A stretch of 64,000 nt of DNA, from assembly GCA_944326805.1 (NCBI GenBank), contig CALVFK010000001.1:83856-147855 (forward strand), in the 5' to 3' direction. The position numbers were made by a program, and so were the translations under genes. The notes below the pieces were generated by a model that saw nothing but the letters and a program-made list of their open reading frames with translations, had not been told where the DNA came from and made no database searches. The stretch's first letter is position 1; each line of letters starts with the position of its first letter. This DNA comes from an uncultured Massilimicrobiota sp. (GTDB lineage Bacteria; Bacillota_I; Bacilli_A; Erysipelotrichales; Coprobacillaceae). Of the stretch, positions 10,001 to 20,717 are shown one piece after another.

Positions 10001-11377
10001 TTTGACATCATCATTCGTAATATGAGTTAACTGTGTAATCTTTTGGGAAATATGTTTCTTAGGTTTAATTAAGCTTTGAATACGATCAATTTCCTGACCA
10101 TTTTTCATCTTAACAGCACCAAATTCTGTAATATCATCATCCATAACAGATAAACCAGTTGTTTCCAAGTCAAAAGAAACAAATGTCAAATCTTTAAGAG
10201 ACGCTTTGGCTTCATTATAAACAACAGTAAAAGCCGGATCAATCATATACATTTCTACACCATAAATCATTTTGATTTTATGTTTAAGACTGGCACTTTG
10301 CGCTTCTGGAAAAGATTGAACATTCCCATGATCTGTAACTGCTATAGCCTGATGTCCCCAATAAGCAGCTCTTTCAATATATTCAGAAATACTGCCAATT
10401 CCATCCATAGCCGACATTTTAGAATGAACATGTAACTCAACACGTTTTTTCTCAGCCTGATCCTGGCGAACTTTAGGTGAAGGAATCACTTCTACTTCAC
10501 GAGCAATGATGACAGTATCTTTCATATAGGTATCGTATTCAACATTTCCTTTGACACGAACCCATTTATCTCCCTTTTTCACTTTGTTCATTTCTTCAAT
10601 ACTGTTACCACCCTTGTTTTCAAAACGTTTTACCACAATACTATTGGTATAATCCGTCACATACAAAGATTGAATTGTCTTTCCAGATTTAACCTTCTTA
10701 GAATCTTCTTTAAAAATATATCCCTGAATCATGACTTCTTTTACAGTATCATCAATTTCATCAATAGATATAGAAAAATAATCTTTTTTATAACTTTGAT
10801 ATTTAGGTTTATGTTCTTTTTTTACAACAACCTCTTTTTGTTCAAAAGTCTTCATATCAACTTGTACTTCATTTAAAGCATCCATTTCTTCTTGAATAGA
10901 TTGATATGTCTGATTATTTTGATCAATGTATGCATGAAATCCAATCTGCATTCCAAACTTATTAAAATATTTATCAAAAATCTTATATAATTTTTCTAAT
11001 TGTTGTAATTGTATTTCATTGACAACTTCAATACGAAGCGTATTGTCTTCAAAAGACAATAGTTCTTCCTTAATAAAATCAATTTGAGGAAAACGTTGTT
11101 TTAAACCATCAAAAATGAAAAGAGCGTATTCAATGACGTCTTTTTGGGTATACGATGATGCCCAATCAAAAAGAAACTCACATGGATAAGGAAATTCATT
11201 TTTTGCTGAAAATAATAAACGAATTTCATTTAAAGGGACAATATGCGCACAACCAATATAAAATGTATAAGAATTATCTTTATGTACAACTACACGTTCA
11301 ATATACGCATGTTTCAAAGCAATCATTTCGTCTTGAAGATGTAGCTGTTTCAATAAAATAAGCATTTTATCCATCAA
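7052..11377 (-). CDS. polC: DNA polymerase III PolC-type alpha subunit
   Basis: PHP HVHSKMSAMD, exonuclease DLETTG, VPDIDLNF; C-terminal clamp motif QLSLF. Confidence 0.98.
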   Translation of the reverse strand: MMDKMLILLKQLHLQDEMIALKHAYIERVVVHKDNSYTFYIGCAHIVPLNEIRLLFSAKNEFPYPCEFLFDWASSYTQKDVIEYALFIFDGLKQRFPQIDFIKEELLSFEDNTLRIEVVNEIQLQQLEKLYKIFDKYFNKFGMQIGFHAYIDQNNQTYQSIQEEMDALNEVQVDMKTFEQKEVVVKKEHKPKYQSYKKDYFSISIDEIDDTVKEVMIQGYIFKEDSKKVKSGKTIQSLYVTDYTNSIVVKRFENKGGNSIEEMNKVKKGDKWVRVKGNVEYDTYMKDTVIIAREVEVIPSPKVRQDQAEKKRVELHVHSKMSAMDGIGSISEYIERAAYWGHQAIAVTDHGNVQSFPEAQSASLKHKIKMIYGVEMYMIDPAFTVVYNEAKASLKDLTFVSFDLETTGLSVMDDDITEFGAVKMKNGQEIDRIQSLIKPKKHISQKITQLTHITNDDVKDAPTIEEFIPQILDFFQDDVIVAHNATFDVGFLNEILVRYGYPKLKNTAIDSLTLAWKLLPDLKGYRLGNVARHYRIPYDGDDAHRADYDAEVLAGVFNMMLHDLMQQGYYDVMDMNAMECPNAYKIVRPKHMCVLAKDKTGLKNMFKLVSEANTTYFEKTSRIPRERLEFYREGLLFGSGCYNSEIFDLAMTRSLDELKQAISFYDYIEIMPLDICQYFVERGRIDTQEDLIRILRRIVDTAKEMGKMIVATGDVHYLDQKDKIFRDVFTCNPKIGLGGALHPLTDRSNPTAWTPDEYLRTTEEMMDSLSYLSEDEKYEYVVENTNKIADMIDGTFHVVHDKLFTPHIDNADENLRQLCFDNAHKQYGEVLPDIVEKRLTKELDNIIKHGFGVIYYIAHKLVKKSNEAGYLVGSRGSVGSSFVATMANISEVNPLPPHYYCPHCQYNEFLPEGYIANGYDLPNKTCPKCGHPLKGDGHNIPFETFLGFNADKVPDIDLNFSGDYQPTAHAYTKEIFGESHVYRAGTISTVAEKTAYGYAKGYAELMGKENTMRQAELERIAKGCTGVKRTTGQHPGGIIVIPENMDVFDFTPYQYPADDLTAEWRTTHFDFHAIHDNVLKFDILGHVDPTVIRMLQDLTGVNPKDIPTNDPKVMSLFNSTDALGIDLSFLNCKTGALGLPEFGTKFVRGMLEQTHPTSFSDLVILSGLSHGTDVYLGNAETLISSGTCTLKEVIGCRDDIMVYLIEKGLPNKDAFDIMECVRKGKSPVVFPEKKYEELMRQHDVPTWYIESCKKIKYMFPKAHAAAYVLSAVRVAWWKLYYPREYYAVYFTTRCDAYDIETMIQGRDAVYHKYQSILNDKQNGIKISNKEEALISVFEIALEMFERGYHFSNISLEKSDSQNFIMDPDDDTALLPPFVSIDGLGTSVGDSVVEARQHNKFLSKEDVMKRTKLTNNQIDFLTKLGAFENMSEENQLSLFDLW

Positions 11378-11414
11378 AATAACCTCCTATATCAAAAAGG
11401 GATTGAAATCCCTT

Positions 11415-12497
11415 CTATTGAAATATTCTTAAAATATCTTGATATGTGACAAAAATCATTAACAACATGACAAGTCCTAAACCACATAACTGCAAAGCGA
11501 CCTTTACTTTTTCTGGCAGTTCTCGACCAATGACCTTTTCAACAATCGCAAAAATGACTTGGCAGCCATCCAATGCTGGAATTGGCAATAAATTAAAGAT
11601 TCCAACATTAACCGAAAGTAAAGATAATAAATTTAAAATATAAGTAATCTGTCCTGTTTCGGTCACTTGTGATGTCACCTGATAGATACCAACTGGACCA
11701 GATAATTGCGTTACAGTTTCACCAAAACGTGTAATCAGTTGACTTAAAGCCGCAAAAATAGCCATACTCATTTCACCAATAGAAATAAATGTATATTGAA
11801 TAGCTTCAGCTATATTCATAGAACGTGTCGCCTGATAAATTCCTAATTTATAAGCTTGTGAAGATTGGTCATATTTTAATGTTGCCTGTAAAGTTTCTGT
11901 TTGTCCTTGACGATCAACTTTCAATTTCACATGAATGGTATTAGCTGTTGTCTTCAATCCTTTTTGTGTCAATTGGATATCTTCAAAATTAGATACAAGA
12001 ATGACTTCTCCTGTTTCATTTACGGTTAATTCTTGAATCACATCTCCAGCTTTCAGTCCAGCCTGTTGTGCCGGAGAATTTTCTATGACCTGTCCAATTT
12101 GAGCATTTTGAACAGGCAGTTGACCACTTACAGCATTCACCAAAAAAGTCACTACGATAGCTAATACAAAGTTCATGAAAACCCCTGCTAAAAAGATAAT
12201 GACTTTTTGGTATGTTTTAATTCCCTTTAAAGTTCGTTCAACAGGGACATCTTTTAATTCTTCATCATCACTTTGCTCTTCACCTGCCATTGAAACAAAA
12301 CCGCCAAATGGTAATGCACGAATTTCATATTCAGTTTCTTTCCCTTTTCTTGACCATATTTTAGGGCCAAAACCAATTGAAAAATGAGAACAATAAACAC
12401 CAAATATTTTTGCTGCAATAAAATGTCCAAATTCATGAATGATAATAATCGTTCCTAATATTAATAAAAATACTATGACAGTAATAATTGTCTGCAT
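11415..12497 (-). CDS. rseP: RseP/RasP intramembrane zinc metalloprotease
   Basis: HEFGH, PDZ region, NLLPIPALDG. Confidence 0.93.
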   Translation of the reverse strand: MQTIITVIVFLLILGTIIIIHEFGHFIAAKIFGVYCSHFSIGFGPKIWSRKGKETEYEIRALPFGGFVSMAGEEQSDDEELKDVPVERTLKGIKTYQKVIIFLAGVFMNFVLAIVVTFLVNAVSGQLPVQNAQIGQVIENSPAQQAGLKAGDVIQELTVNETGEVILVSNFEDIQLTQKGLKTTANTIHVKLKVDRQGQTETLQATLKYDQSSQAYKLGIYQATRSMNIAEAIQYTFISIGEMSMAIFAALSQLITRFGETVTQLSGPVGIYQVTSQVTETGQITYILNLLSLLSVNVGIFNLLPIPALDGCQVIFAIVEKVIGRELPEKVKVALQLCGLGLVMLLMIFVTYQDILRIFQ

Positions 12498-13649
12498 CTA
12501 AATATCTCCTACTCTTTCTCGTACAAAATTTCTTGCCCATTGATCAATTTCAATAAGCTGTTCTAAAGTGGGACAATCCACCCAATGGTGTGCACGCATA
12601 GCTTCTTCAACATATTTTTCGATGTCCAAAAAAGCAATTTTTTTTGCTAAAAATAACGCATTAGCCTGCTCATTAGCACCATTTAATACACAAGGCATTG
12701 AACCACCTTTACGCCCAGCTTCATACGCTAAAGCTAAAGCACGAAAGCGATGTAAGTCAGGCTTTTTAAAATGAAGTATACCGATATCACTTAAGGATAA
12801 ATGTTTACCTCCAAGCAATGGTAAACGATGAGGGTATGTTAATGCATATTGAATAGGTAAACGCATATCCGGTGTCCCTAATTGTGCAATAATGGCTGTA
12901 TCTTGATATTCCACCATAGAATGAATAATACTTTCAGGATGAATTAACACTTCAATATCATCATAATCAACATCAAAGAGCCATCTCGCTTCCATCACTT
13001 CTAAACCTTTATTAAAAAGAGTTGCACTATCAATTGTAATTTTAGCTCCCATTGACCAATTAGGATGTTTTAAAGCATCTTCCACACTCACATGTTCGAG
13101 TTCACTTCTTGTTTTATCACGGAAACTCCCACCACTGGCTGTTAAAATAATTTTACGAATTTCACCATGATATTCACCATTAAGAGATTGGAAAATAGCA
13201 GAATGCTCACTATCCACTGGTAACAGTTGTACTTTATTCTCTTTGACTAATGGAATAATTAAATGACCTGCAACTACCAATGTTTCTTTGTTAGCTAAAG
13301 CAATATCTTTATGAGCCTGAATAGCTTTCATTGTTGGTACTAATCCAGCAAACCCTACAATTGCATTTAAAACAATATCAACTTGTGATAATGTGGCAAT
13401 TTGAATCAATCCATCCTGCCCGCAATAGAAATGAATATCTTTGTATTTTCTTTGAAGATATTCCATATCATCCTGATTTTGTACACAAATATGTTTAGCA
13501 TGAATGACAGTCATGATTTTTTCTAATAAATCAATATTTTTCCCTGCACTCATGGCCACAATTTCAAATTCACCACGATGATGTTTCACAACATCAACCG
13601 TCTGTTGACCTATCGAACCAGTCACTCCTAAAACACATATTTTTTTCAT
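12498..13649 (-). CDS. dxr: 1-deoxy-D-xylulose-5-phosphate reductoisomerase
   Basis: LGVTGSIG, LANKE, PVDSEHSA, HPNWSMGAKITIDSAT. Confidence 0.97.
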   Translation of the reverse strand: MKKICVLGVTGSIGQQTVDVVKHHRGEFEIVAMSAGKNIDLLEKIMTVIHAKHICVQNQDDMEYLQRKYKDIHFYCGQDGLIQIATLSQVDIVLNAIVGFAGLVPTMKAIQAHKDIALANKETLVVAGHLIIPLVKENKVQLLPVDSEHSAIFQSLNGEYHGEIRKIILTASGGSFRDKTRSELEHVSVEDALKHPNWSMGAKITIDSATLFNKGLEVMEARWLFDVDYDDIEVLIHPESIIHSMVEYQDTAIIAQLGTPDMRLPIQYALTYPHRLPLLGGKHLSLSDIGILHFKKPDLHRFRALALAYEAGRKGGSMPCVLNGANEQANALFLAKKIAFLDIEKYVEEAMRAHHWVDCPTLEQLIEIDQWARNFVRERVGDI

Positions 13650-13650
13650 A

Positions 13651-14439
13651 CTAAGCCACCACCATTGTTATAAAATGAAGCAAAATACCAAAAACCATTG
13701 CATTAAATAAAATCGAATCAAAACGATCCAAAATACCACCATGTCCCGGTAATAATTGAGAGAAATCCTTAACTTCAAATATTCGTTTCATACTACTAAA
13801 TGTTAAATCCCCTATCTGACTTGTTATGGTTAAGACGAAACATATGAAAACAAACCATACTAACGGCATATCTATTTGAATATATGCGCCATAAAGTCCA
13901 GAAAGAACAGTCCCTAAAATGATTCCACCAATTGAACCTTCAATTGTTTTTTTAGGAGAAAGACGAGGATTTAGCTTGTGTTTTCCAAAGCACATACCAG
14001 TAAAATATGCTCCTGTATCTGTACCAAAAGTTGCTAAAGCAAGAATTAAAATATAATCAAAACCATACGTCATACGTAATTGATAAAGCATATGTAATCC
14101 CACAGCAATTAAAACACCAGCAGTAAAATAATAACTTAATCTTAAAAAATTAATACCTTCATCAAACATACTGCAAGCCATTAAGATAATCATATATAAA
14201 ATCATGATTTCACTTGATACCAATAAAGACTGATCAAAGAATAATGAATAAAAAACAAATAATCCAACAATAGGATAAAGATAGAAATGAGCACGTGGAC
14301 GATTACAAATAGAAAGCATCTCAAAGACGGCAATCCCTGCAACAATACCAATTAAGACTTTAAAAGCAATTCCTCCCAAAATAACACATGGTAGAATAAC
14401 TGCTAAAAGTATTAATCCTGTGATAATACGTGTTTTCAT
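13651..14439 (-). CDS. cdsA: Phosphatidate cytidylyltransferase
   Basis: SPKKTIEG, KDFSQLLPGHGGILDRFDS. Confidence 0.95.
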   Translation of the reverse strand: MKTRIITGLILLAVILPCVILGGIAFKVLIGIVAGIAVFEMLSICNRPRAHFYLYPIVGLFVFYSLFFDQSLLVSSEIMILYMIILMACSMFDEGINFLRLSYYFTAGVLIAVGLHMLYQLRMTYGFDYILILALATFGTDTGAYFTGMCFGKHKLNPRLSPKKTIEGSIGGIILGTVLSGLYGAYIQIDMPLVWFVFICFVLTITSQIGDLTFSSMKRIFEVKDFSQLLPGHGGILDRFDSILFNAMVFGILLHFITMVVA

Positions 14440-15185
14440 TTCATGACACCTCCAAATCGTCTTTCTCTGCCTTGATACAAAGCAATCGCATGATGTAATC
14501 TCTCTTCATCAAAATCTGGCCATAGTGTATCATCAAAAACAAATTCAGCATAAGCCAGCTGCCAAAGCAGAAAATTAGAAAGACGTTTTTCACCACTGCT
14601 TCTTATCATTAAATCAACTGGTGGTAAATCTTTTGTCATTAAATGTTTTTCAAAATAATCTTCATTAATATCATCCAGTGAAATTTGTCCATGTTTATAT
14701 TCTTCACAAATCATTTTCGCTGCTTCTACAATCTCGTCACGCCCACCATAAATAAAAGCAAAAGTTAAAATCAAACCTTTATTTTGTGATGTTTGTGATA
14801 CAGCTTCCTCAATAATACGTCTAGTTTCAATTGGAGCCATTTCTAAATGTCCAATATAACGTATCGAAACATCATGATCCATCAATTCTTTTAAATATAA
14901 TTGAAAAAACTCTTTTGGTAATTTAAAAATATATTCCACTTCACTTGCTTCTCTTTTAAAATTTTCTGTAGAAAACGCATAGACCGTCATTGCTTTGACA
15001 CCTAAACGATTCGCTTCTAAAGCTAATGTACGAATTGTTTTCGTTCCTTCGTGATGACCATAGGTACGAGGCATCTTTCTTTTTTTAGCCCAACGACCAT
15101 TACCATCCATTATAAAAGCAATATGTTGAGGAATATTATCCATATCTAAGTTATAATCTATTTCTCTTTTTTTCTTAAAAAACAT
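14436..15185 (-). CDS. uppS: Undecaprenyl diphosphate synthase
   Basis: IMDGNGRWA, FSTENFKR, RSSGEKRLSNFLLWQ. Confidence 0.96.
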   Translation of the reverse strand: MFFKKKREIDYNLDMDNIPQHIAFIMDGNGRWAKKRKMPRTYGHHEGTKTIRTLALEANRLGVKAMTVYAFSTENFKREASEVEYIFKLPKEFFQLYLKELMDHDVSIRYIGHLEMAPIETRRIIEEAVSQTSQNKGLILTFAFIYGGRDEIVEAAKMICEEYKHGQISLDDINEDYFEKHLMTKDLPPVDLMIRSSGEKRLSNFLLWQLAYAEFVFDDTLWPDFDEERLHHAIALYQGRERRFGGVMK

Positions 15186-15296
15186 ACTGTCACCTCATAA
15201 CCTTTTTGTATTATAACATAAAAGAAAGCAACATGCGAACTCTTATATAAAATATTCCATAAAAAAACTCTTGCTTTTTGCAAGAGTTAAAAGATA

Positions 15297-15842
15297 TTAG
15301 ACAGTCATTAAGTCATTTTCTTTTTCTTTTGTTAATTGATCAATAACTTTAACATATTGATCTGTTAATTTTTGAACTTTTTCCTTACCTAGTTTTACTT
15401 CATCTTCTGTTAAATCAGCTTTTTCAACATCATCATTAGCACTTCTACGAATATTACGTAAAGCCACTTTCGCTTCTTCAGCATATTTTTTAGCCTGTTT
15501 TACATATTCTTTTCTTGTTTCTTCAGTCAACGCTGGAACATTAATACGAATAATTTCACCATCATTTTGAGGTGTTAAACCAAGATTTGCTTCATAGATA
15601 GCATGTTCGATATCTTTTAAACTATTACGGTCATAAGGTTTAATAACCAATTGACGACCTTCCGCAACAGAAATACTAGCTGTCTGATTTAATGGTGTCA
15701 TTTCACCCCAATAATTCACTCTTACTCTGTCAAGCATTGTTGGATTTGCACGACCAGTTCTTACAGAAGAAAGTTCATGTTTAAAAGATTCAATTGATTT
15801 TTCCATTTTTTCCTTTGTTTCTTCTAAAATAAGATCTAACAT
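15297..15842 (-). CDS. frr: Ribosome recycling factor
   Basis: [20 protein letters not shown]. Confidence 0.97.
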   Translation of the reverse strand: MLDLILEETKEKMEKSIESFKHELSSVRTGRANPTMLDRVRVNYWGEMTPLNQTASISVAEGRQLVIKPYDRNSLKDIEHAIYEANLGLTPQNDGEIIRINVPALTEETRKEYVKQAKKYAEEAKVALRNIRRSANDDVEKADLTEDEVKLGKEKVQKLTDQYVKVIDQLTKEKENDLMTV

Positions 15843-16564
15843 TTATCATTCCCTCCTTTCGAAATAATTGTACCTATAGATTCACCATTACATGCACGGG
15901 CAATATTTCCATCTTCCTGCATATTGAATACACAAAGATCAATACCATTATCCTTACATAATGTAATAGCTGTCTGGTCCATAATATGTAAATCTTCATT
16001 TAAAACATCTAAATAAGTGATATGATCATATTTTTTAGCATTAGGATCAACTTTTGGATCAGCAGAATAAACACCATCAACCCCATTTTTAGCCATTAAA
16101 ATCACATCTGCATTCATTTCTGCAGCACGTAAAGCCGCTGTTGTATCAGTTGTAAAGAACGGACTTCCTGTCCCAGCCCCAAAAATCACAATACGATTTT
16201 TTTCTAAATGACGAACAGCTCTTCTTCTAATATACGGTTCTGCCACTTCTTTCATGTCTATAGCTGATAACAATCTTGTATCTAGTCCAATCGCTTCTAA
16301 TGCATTTTGTAGAGCCATACCATTCATAACAGTCGCTAACATACCCATATAATCAGCTGCCGCTCTTTCCATACCCATGTCACTACCAGTTTTACCACGC
16401 CAGATATTTCCACCACCGCAAACAATAGCGATTTCAACACCTAAATCTTTAGCATCTTTAATTTGTCTAGCAACATCAGCAACAACTACAGGATTAATAC
16501 CAAATCCCTGTTCACCAGCTAATGCTTCACCACTTAATTTTAATAAAACTCTTTTGTACTTCAT
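15836..16564 (-). CDS. pyrH: UMP kinase
   Basis: [31 protein letters not shown]; start moved to ATG 16564 behind GGAGGAG. Confidence 0.97.
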   Translation of the reverse strand: MKYKRVLLKLSGEALAGEQGFGINPVVVADVARQIKDAKDLGVEIAIVCGGGNIWRGKTGSDMGMERAAADYMGMLATVMNGMALQNALEAIGLDTRLLSAIDMKEVAEPYIRRRAVRHLEKNRIVIFGAGTGSPFFTTDTTAALRAAEMNADVILMAKNGVDGVYSADPKVDPNAKKYDHITYLDVLNEDLHIMDQTAITLCKDNGIDLCVFNMQEDGNIARACNGESIGTIISKGGNDKC

Positions 16565-16627
16565 ATGATCTCTCCTCCACTTTACAAGAAAAGGGCACAA
16601 AAAGTGTGTCCTCTCTATAAATTTCAA

Positions 16628-17515
16628 TTATCCTCTCATTTGAGCAGCAACTTCTTCAGCAAAGTTTTCTTCACGTTTTTCCATTCCTTCACCAACTTCA
16701 AAACGTACCATTTCTAAAACTTTTCCGTTTCCTAAGTATTGAGCTACTGTTTGATCAGAATCTTTGATGAATGCCTGATCTACTAAGCACATTTCTTTTA
16801 AGTTTTTATTTAAACGTCCTTCAATCATTTTTTCAATGATATTTTCTGGTTTTGGTTTTGCACTCTTTGCATTTTCTTCCATAGCTTGAGCTTTTAAAAC
16901 AGTTCTTTCATGTTCTAAAATTTCAGCTGGAATTGCTGTTCTATCAATATATTGAGGAGCAATAGCAGCAACTTGCATAGCAACATCTTTTGCTTTCACT
17001 TCATCAATACCAGCAACTTTTACTAATGCACACATTTTTCCACCCATATGTGAATAAGCACCAAAAACTTCATCATCAGTTTTTGTCATCACAACAAATC
17101 TTCTTAAGCTTAATTTTTCACCAATTTTACCACTCTTTTCAGCAATAACTGTTCCCAAATCTTTACCTTCAACATCTAACTGTAAAGCAGCTTCAACATC
17201 TTGAGGTTTTGCATTGACAATTGTTTTTGCTGTTAAAGCAACTAATTCCTGGAATTCAGCATTTTTAGCAACGAAATCTGTTTCAGAGTTCACTTCAACG
17301 ATTGCTGCAGCATTTCCATCTACAACGAATGCTGTTAATCCCTCAGCAGCAATACGATCTGCTTTTTTTGCAGCTTTTGCGATTCCTTTTTCTCTTAACC
17401 AGTCAAAAGAAGCTTCTAAATCACCATCACAAGCTTCAAGTGCCTTTTTACAATCCATCATTCCAGCACCAGTTTTTTCACGTAATTCTTTTACTAATTT
17501 TGCACTAATAGCCAT
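16628..17515 (-). CDS. tsf: Elongation factor Ts
   Basis: [26 protein letters not shown]. Confidence 0.98.
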   Translation of the reverse strand: MAISAKLVKELREKTGAGMMDCKKALEACDGDLEASFDWLREKGIAKAAKKADRIAAEGLTAFVVDGNAAAIVEVNSETDFVAKNAEFQELVALTAKTIVNAKPQDVEAALQLDVEGKDLGTVIAEKSGKIGEKLSLRRFVVMTKTDDEVFGAYSHMGGKMCALVKVAGIDEVKAKDVAMQVAAIAPQYIDRTAIPAEILEHERTVLKAQAMEENAKSAKPKPENIIEKMIEGRLNKNLKEMCLVDQAFIKDSDQTVAQYLGNGKVLEMVRFEVGEGMEKREENFAEEVAAQMRG

Positions 17516-17575
17516 TTCTTTCTCCTCCATCATTTTTTATAAAAAAAGGAAAGCATAAGCTTCCCCTCTTATTCA

Positions 17576-18442
17576 TTATGCTTCAGTTTTTTCTTCTTTA
17601 ACTTCAGCTGGTTTGCTTACTTCAGCATTTTTGTTATTTCTAGGACGTCCAGCGTTTTTATATCTAGGTCCTTTTTGTTTATTTTCTTCTACAGAAGCGA
17701 CAGCATCATTCATAGATACTTCTTTATCATCTTCATCTTTTACATAAGCAACTGTTACTGGTTCACCTTTAGCTTCACATACTGCATCAGCCATAGCAGC
17801 AACAATTAATTTAACAGCTCTGATAGCATCATCATTTGCTGGGATGACGTAATCTACTTCATCAGGATCACAGTTTGTATCAACAATACCAAATACAGGA
17901 ATACCTAAGATTCTTGCTTCTGCAACTGCATTGTGTTCAACTTTAGGATCAACAACAAATAAAGCATTTGGTAATCTTCTCATTTCTTTGATACCACCTA
18001 AGTTCTTTTCTAACTTAGCTTTTTCTTTCATAAGAAGAACTGCTTCTTTTTTAGTGAATAATTCTAAAGTTCCATCTTCTTCCATTTTTTCTAATTCTTT
18101 TAATCTTCTAATTCTCTTTTGAATAGTTTTAAAGTTAGTTAAAGTTCCACCTAACCAACGAGAATTTACATAGAAACTTCCAGATCTTTCTGCTTCAGTT
18201 TGAACAGCTTCTTGAGCCTGTTTTTTTGTTCCTACAAATAAAACTTTTCCACCTTTTGCAACGATATCCATTAAAGCTGCATAAGCTTCATCAATTTTGT
18301 CAGATGATTTCTTTAAATCAATGATATAGATACCATTTCTAGCTGTGAAAATATATGGAGCCATTTTTGGATTCCATCTTTTTGTCTGATGTCCAAAATG
18401 AACACCAACTTCTAATAATTTTTTCATTGAAATTACTGCCAT
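17576..18442 (-). CDS. rpsB: 30S ribosomal protein S2
   Basis: [34 protein letters not shown]; start moved to ATG 18442 behind GGAGG. Confidence 0.98.
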   Translation of the reverse strand: MAVISMKKLLEVGVHFGHQTKRWNPKMAPYIFTARNGIYIIDLKKSSDKIDEAYAALMDIVAKGGKVLFVGTKKQAQEAVQTEAERSGSFYVNSRWLGGTLTNFKTIQKRIRRLKELEKMEEDGTLELFTKKEAVLLMKEKAKLEKNLGGIKEMRRLPNALFVVDPKVEHNAVAEARILGIPVFGIVDTNCDPDEVDYVIPANDDAIRAVKLIVAAMADAVCEAKGEPVTVAYVKDEDDKEVSMNDAVASVEENKQKGPRYKNAGRPRNNKNAEVSKPAEVKEEKTEA

Positions 18443-18540
18443 TGTAACTTCCTCCTTTTCGTTTTTTCCTCCATTGTTTCTAACACAAACCACCTATTGG
18501 CACTCGGTTCATGAATTCACAATGTGTGTATTTTTAATAC
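18443..18540 (-). promoter_or_regulatory. rpsB 5' leader (putative S2 autoregulatory structure)
   Basis: About 100-nt leader with ACACAC...GAGTGCC...GGAGG elements between a TTGTTT-17-TATTAT promoter and rpsB. Confidence 0.5.
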
Positions 18541-18585
18541 CCGTTGTATAATACCACAACATATCAAAAAAAACAAGGTCATTTC

Positions 18586-19356
18586 CTATTTTTTTATACT
18601 TTTTAAAAGAATTCCAACCATTTCCTTTTCATCTTTTAATTTTTCCTCAATAAGATAATAATTATGATATCCTCTTCGATAAATCAAACGTTGATGAATA
18701 ATAGGTGGTCGATCATCTAAAAAAGAAGGAATTCTCCCATAATAATTTCTTAAATAGATATATATAAATCGGTAATAACAAATTAGCTGGTATAACAAAT
18801 ACCCTATAATAATCAATGTATTTGTCTGTAAATAAAAAAGTAACAACAAACAATAAACAAAGATAGATATTTTTAATGTTGTTAATAAAGCTTTCTTTAA
18901 ATCCATAATACTTTGTAAAAGCAAGCTCATAAAACGCCCTCCATCCAATGGATAGATAGGTAATAAATTAAATGCAAATACAAACATATTCATAGTCATT
19001 AAAAATTGTTGATAAATACCAAAACTTATAATTTGTATTGCAAAATAAATGAATAGATGACTTATTGGTCCAGCAAGGACAACACACATTTCTTTCCAGA
19101 TAGAACGATAATAAAAGTCTTCTAAATATAGGTAAGCACCAAATGGTAGAATCTCAATTTTTTGAATTTGAAAATGAAAATAATATGCCATCAAAAGATG
19201 ACATATTTCATGTAAACATACAATCCCCAATGTTGAAAGGTACCATTTCAAATAACCACCTAACCATGCAAAAACAAAATAAAGAAGCGTTAATGGATGA
19301 ATAGAAACCTTAAGATATAAGTTCTTCAAATGTTGAATAATCAATTTCCTGTTCAC
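18586..19356 (-). CDS. spoIVFB: Stage IV sporulation protein FB-like M50 peptidase (pro-sigmaK processing)
   Basis: HEICH, LAGP, NLLPIYPLDGG; synteny minD-spoIVFA-spoIVFB. Confidence 0.8.
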   Translation of the reverse strand: MNRKLIIQHLKNLYLKVSIHPLTLLYFVFAWLGGYLKWYLSTLGIVCLHEICHLLMAYYFHFQIQKIEILPFGAYLYLEDFYYRSIWKEMCVVLAGPISHLFIYFAIQIISFGIYQQFLMTMNMFVFAFNLLPIYPLDGGRFMSLLLQSIMDLKKALLTTLKISIFVYCLLLLFYLQTNTLIIIGYLLYQLICYYRFIYIYLRNYYGRIPSFLDDRPPIIHQRLIYRRGYHNYYLIEEKLKDEKEMVGILLKSIKK

Positions 19357-19897
19357 CTTGTGTAAAAATAATCATAACCTGATTTTCATACGTCCCCAAA
19401 ATGGTTGCTTCTTCAACTTGATCATATAATCCCACAAAAACATCCTGCATATTTCCAAAAGTGACTTCCACATTATTTTCTAAAAGAACCGTCACATAGT
19501 TTCCCAGCAGATTTTGTTTTCCAACATAAATCACACGTCCTGACGCAAAATTCAAAACCTCATTTGATTGACTTTTATAATAATTATCTTTCACATGCGT
19601 GTAACTCACTGTCGTCGAAACAGTCATCGACGAATCTTGATTTTGAAAAGATAACAAATGCTGATTCAGCCACTTCGTTACTTGAGAAAATTGTAAATCA
19701 TTTAAAACATAGTCTCTTATATAGTCACCATGAGGACTTACCTTTACATAGGCACATATTGCAACACCAACAAGTAAAGCAACCATCGCTTTAATCATTC
19801 CATTATAAATTTTTGTAAAATGTTGATCTGTTAATACTGGATGTCGTCGCGCCTTTCTTTTTTCTATACGTCTTTTGATGTCATCTATATCATTCAC
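19310..19897 (-). CDS. spoIVFA: SpoIVFA-like membrane protein with degenerate M23 domain
   Basis: DDIKRRIEKRK N-terminus, one TM, GRVIYVG...GNYVTV...VGLYDQVE M23-like fold without zinc ligands; GTG start behind GAGGTG. Confidence 0.7.
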   Translation of the reverse strand: MNDIDDIKRRIEKRKARRHPVLTDQHFTKIYNGMIKAMVALLVGVAICAYVKVSPHGDYIRDYVLNDLQFSQVTKWLNQHLLSFQNQDSSMTVSTTVSYTHVKDNYYKSQSNEVLNFASGRVIYVGKQNLLGNYVTVLLENNVEVTFGNMQDVFVGLYDQVEEATILGTYENQVMIIFTQGEQEIDYSTFEELIS

Positions 19898-19914
19898 AAG
19901 TTTCACCTCATTTT

Positions 19915-19943
19915 AACTTATGAATGAAATTCAAAAAATATTA
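19915..19943 (-). promoter_or_regulatory. sigmaE-type promoter of spoIVF
   Basis: TAATATT-N14-CATAAGTT. Confidence 0.65.
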
Positions 19944-20717
19944 TCCAAAAAGACGTTCTAACAATGCTTTTCTTTTATTTTTTTGAAATGGAACTTCCTG
20001 CCCCTCTAAACGTTTGACAATACGATCAAAACATCGATAAAGATTTTCTTTTTTATTCATGTAAATAGGCATCCCTTTATTATTCGCTTCAATCATATCG
20101 TGTTCATCAAAAACAATACCTATTAATGGAATAGACAAAATATCATAAGCTTCTTCCAAAGAAGGACAACGTCCTTTCAAAACATCGCTTTCATTATATT
20201 TATTCACAAGCATATGTAACTGATCTACTCCTTGTTTTAAAAGCAAACCAACAACACGATCAGCATCCCTTAAAGAAACCGTATCTAAATTAACAACAAC
20301 AATCGCTTCCTGTGATAATCCACTGGCATATTGAAATCCTTTTTCTATTCCTGCCGGACTATCAATTAATATATAATCAAAATCTTTACGCAACTGTTCA
20401 ACCATCTTTATCATATAATCAATATTTAAATTTTCAAAAGACAATGCTTTGCATGCAGGCAATAAATATAATGATGGCATGCGTTTATCTTTAACTAAAA
20501 TTTGTTGAAGTGAACATTTATTAGAAATCACATCTTTAAGATCATAAATAACACGATTTTCCAGTCCTAACATAACATCTAAGTTTTTCAATCCAAAATC
20601 AGCATCTATTAAACATACTTTTTTATTTGTATGAGCCAAAGCATAACCCAAATTAATAGTCACACTGCTTTTGCCAACGCCACCTTTACCTGACGTAATC
20701 ACAATTGTTCGACACAT
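19941..20717 (-). CDS. minD: Septum site-determining ATPase MinD
   Basis: SGKGGVGKS, DADFGLKNLD, DSPAGIEKGF, C-terminal LLERLFG helix. Confidence 0.95.
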   Translation of the reverse strand: MCRTIVITSGKGGVGKSSVTINLGYALAHTNKKVCLIDADFGLKNLDVMLGLENRVIYDLKDVISNKCSLQQILVKDKRMPSLYLLPACKALSFENLNIDYMIKMVEQLRKDFDYILIDSPAGIEKGFQYASGLSQEAIVVVNLDTVSLRDADRVVGLLLKQGVDQLHMLVNKYNESDVLKGRCPSLEEAYDILSIPLIGIVFDEHDMIEANNKGMPIYMNKKENLYRCFDRIVKRLEGQEVPFQKNKRKALLERLFG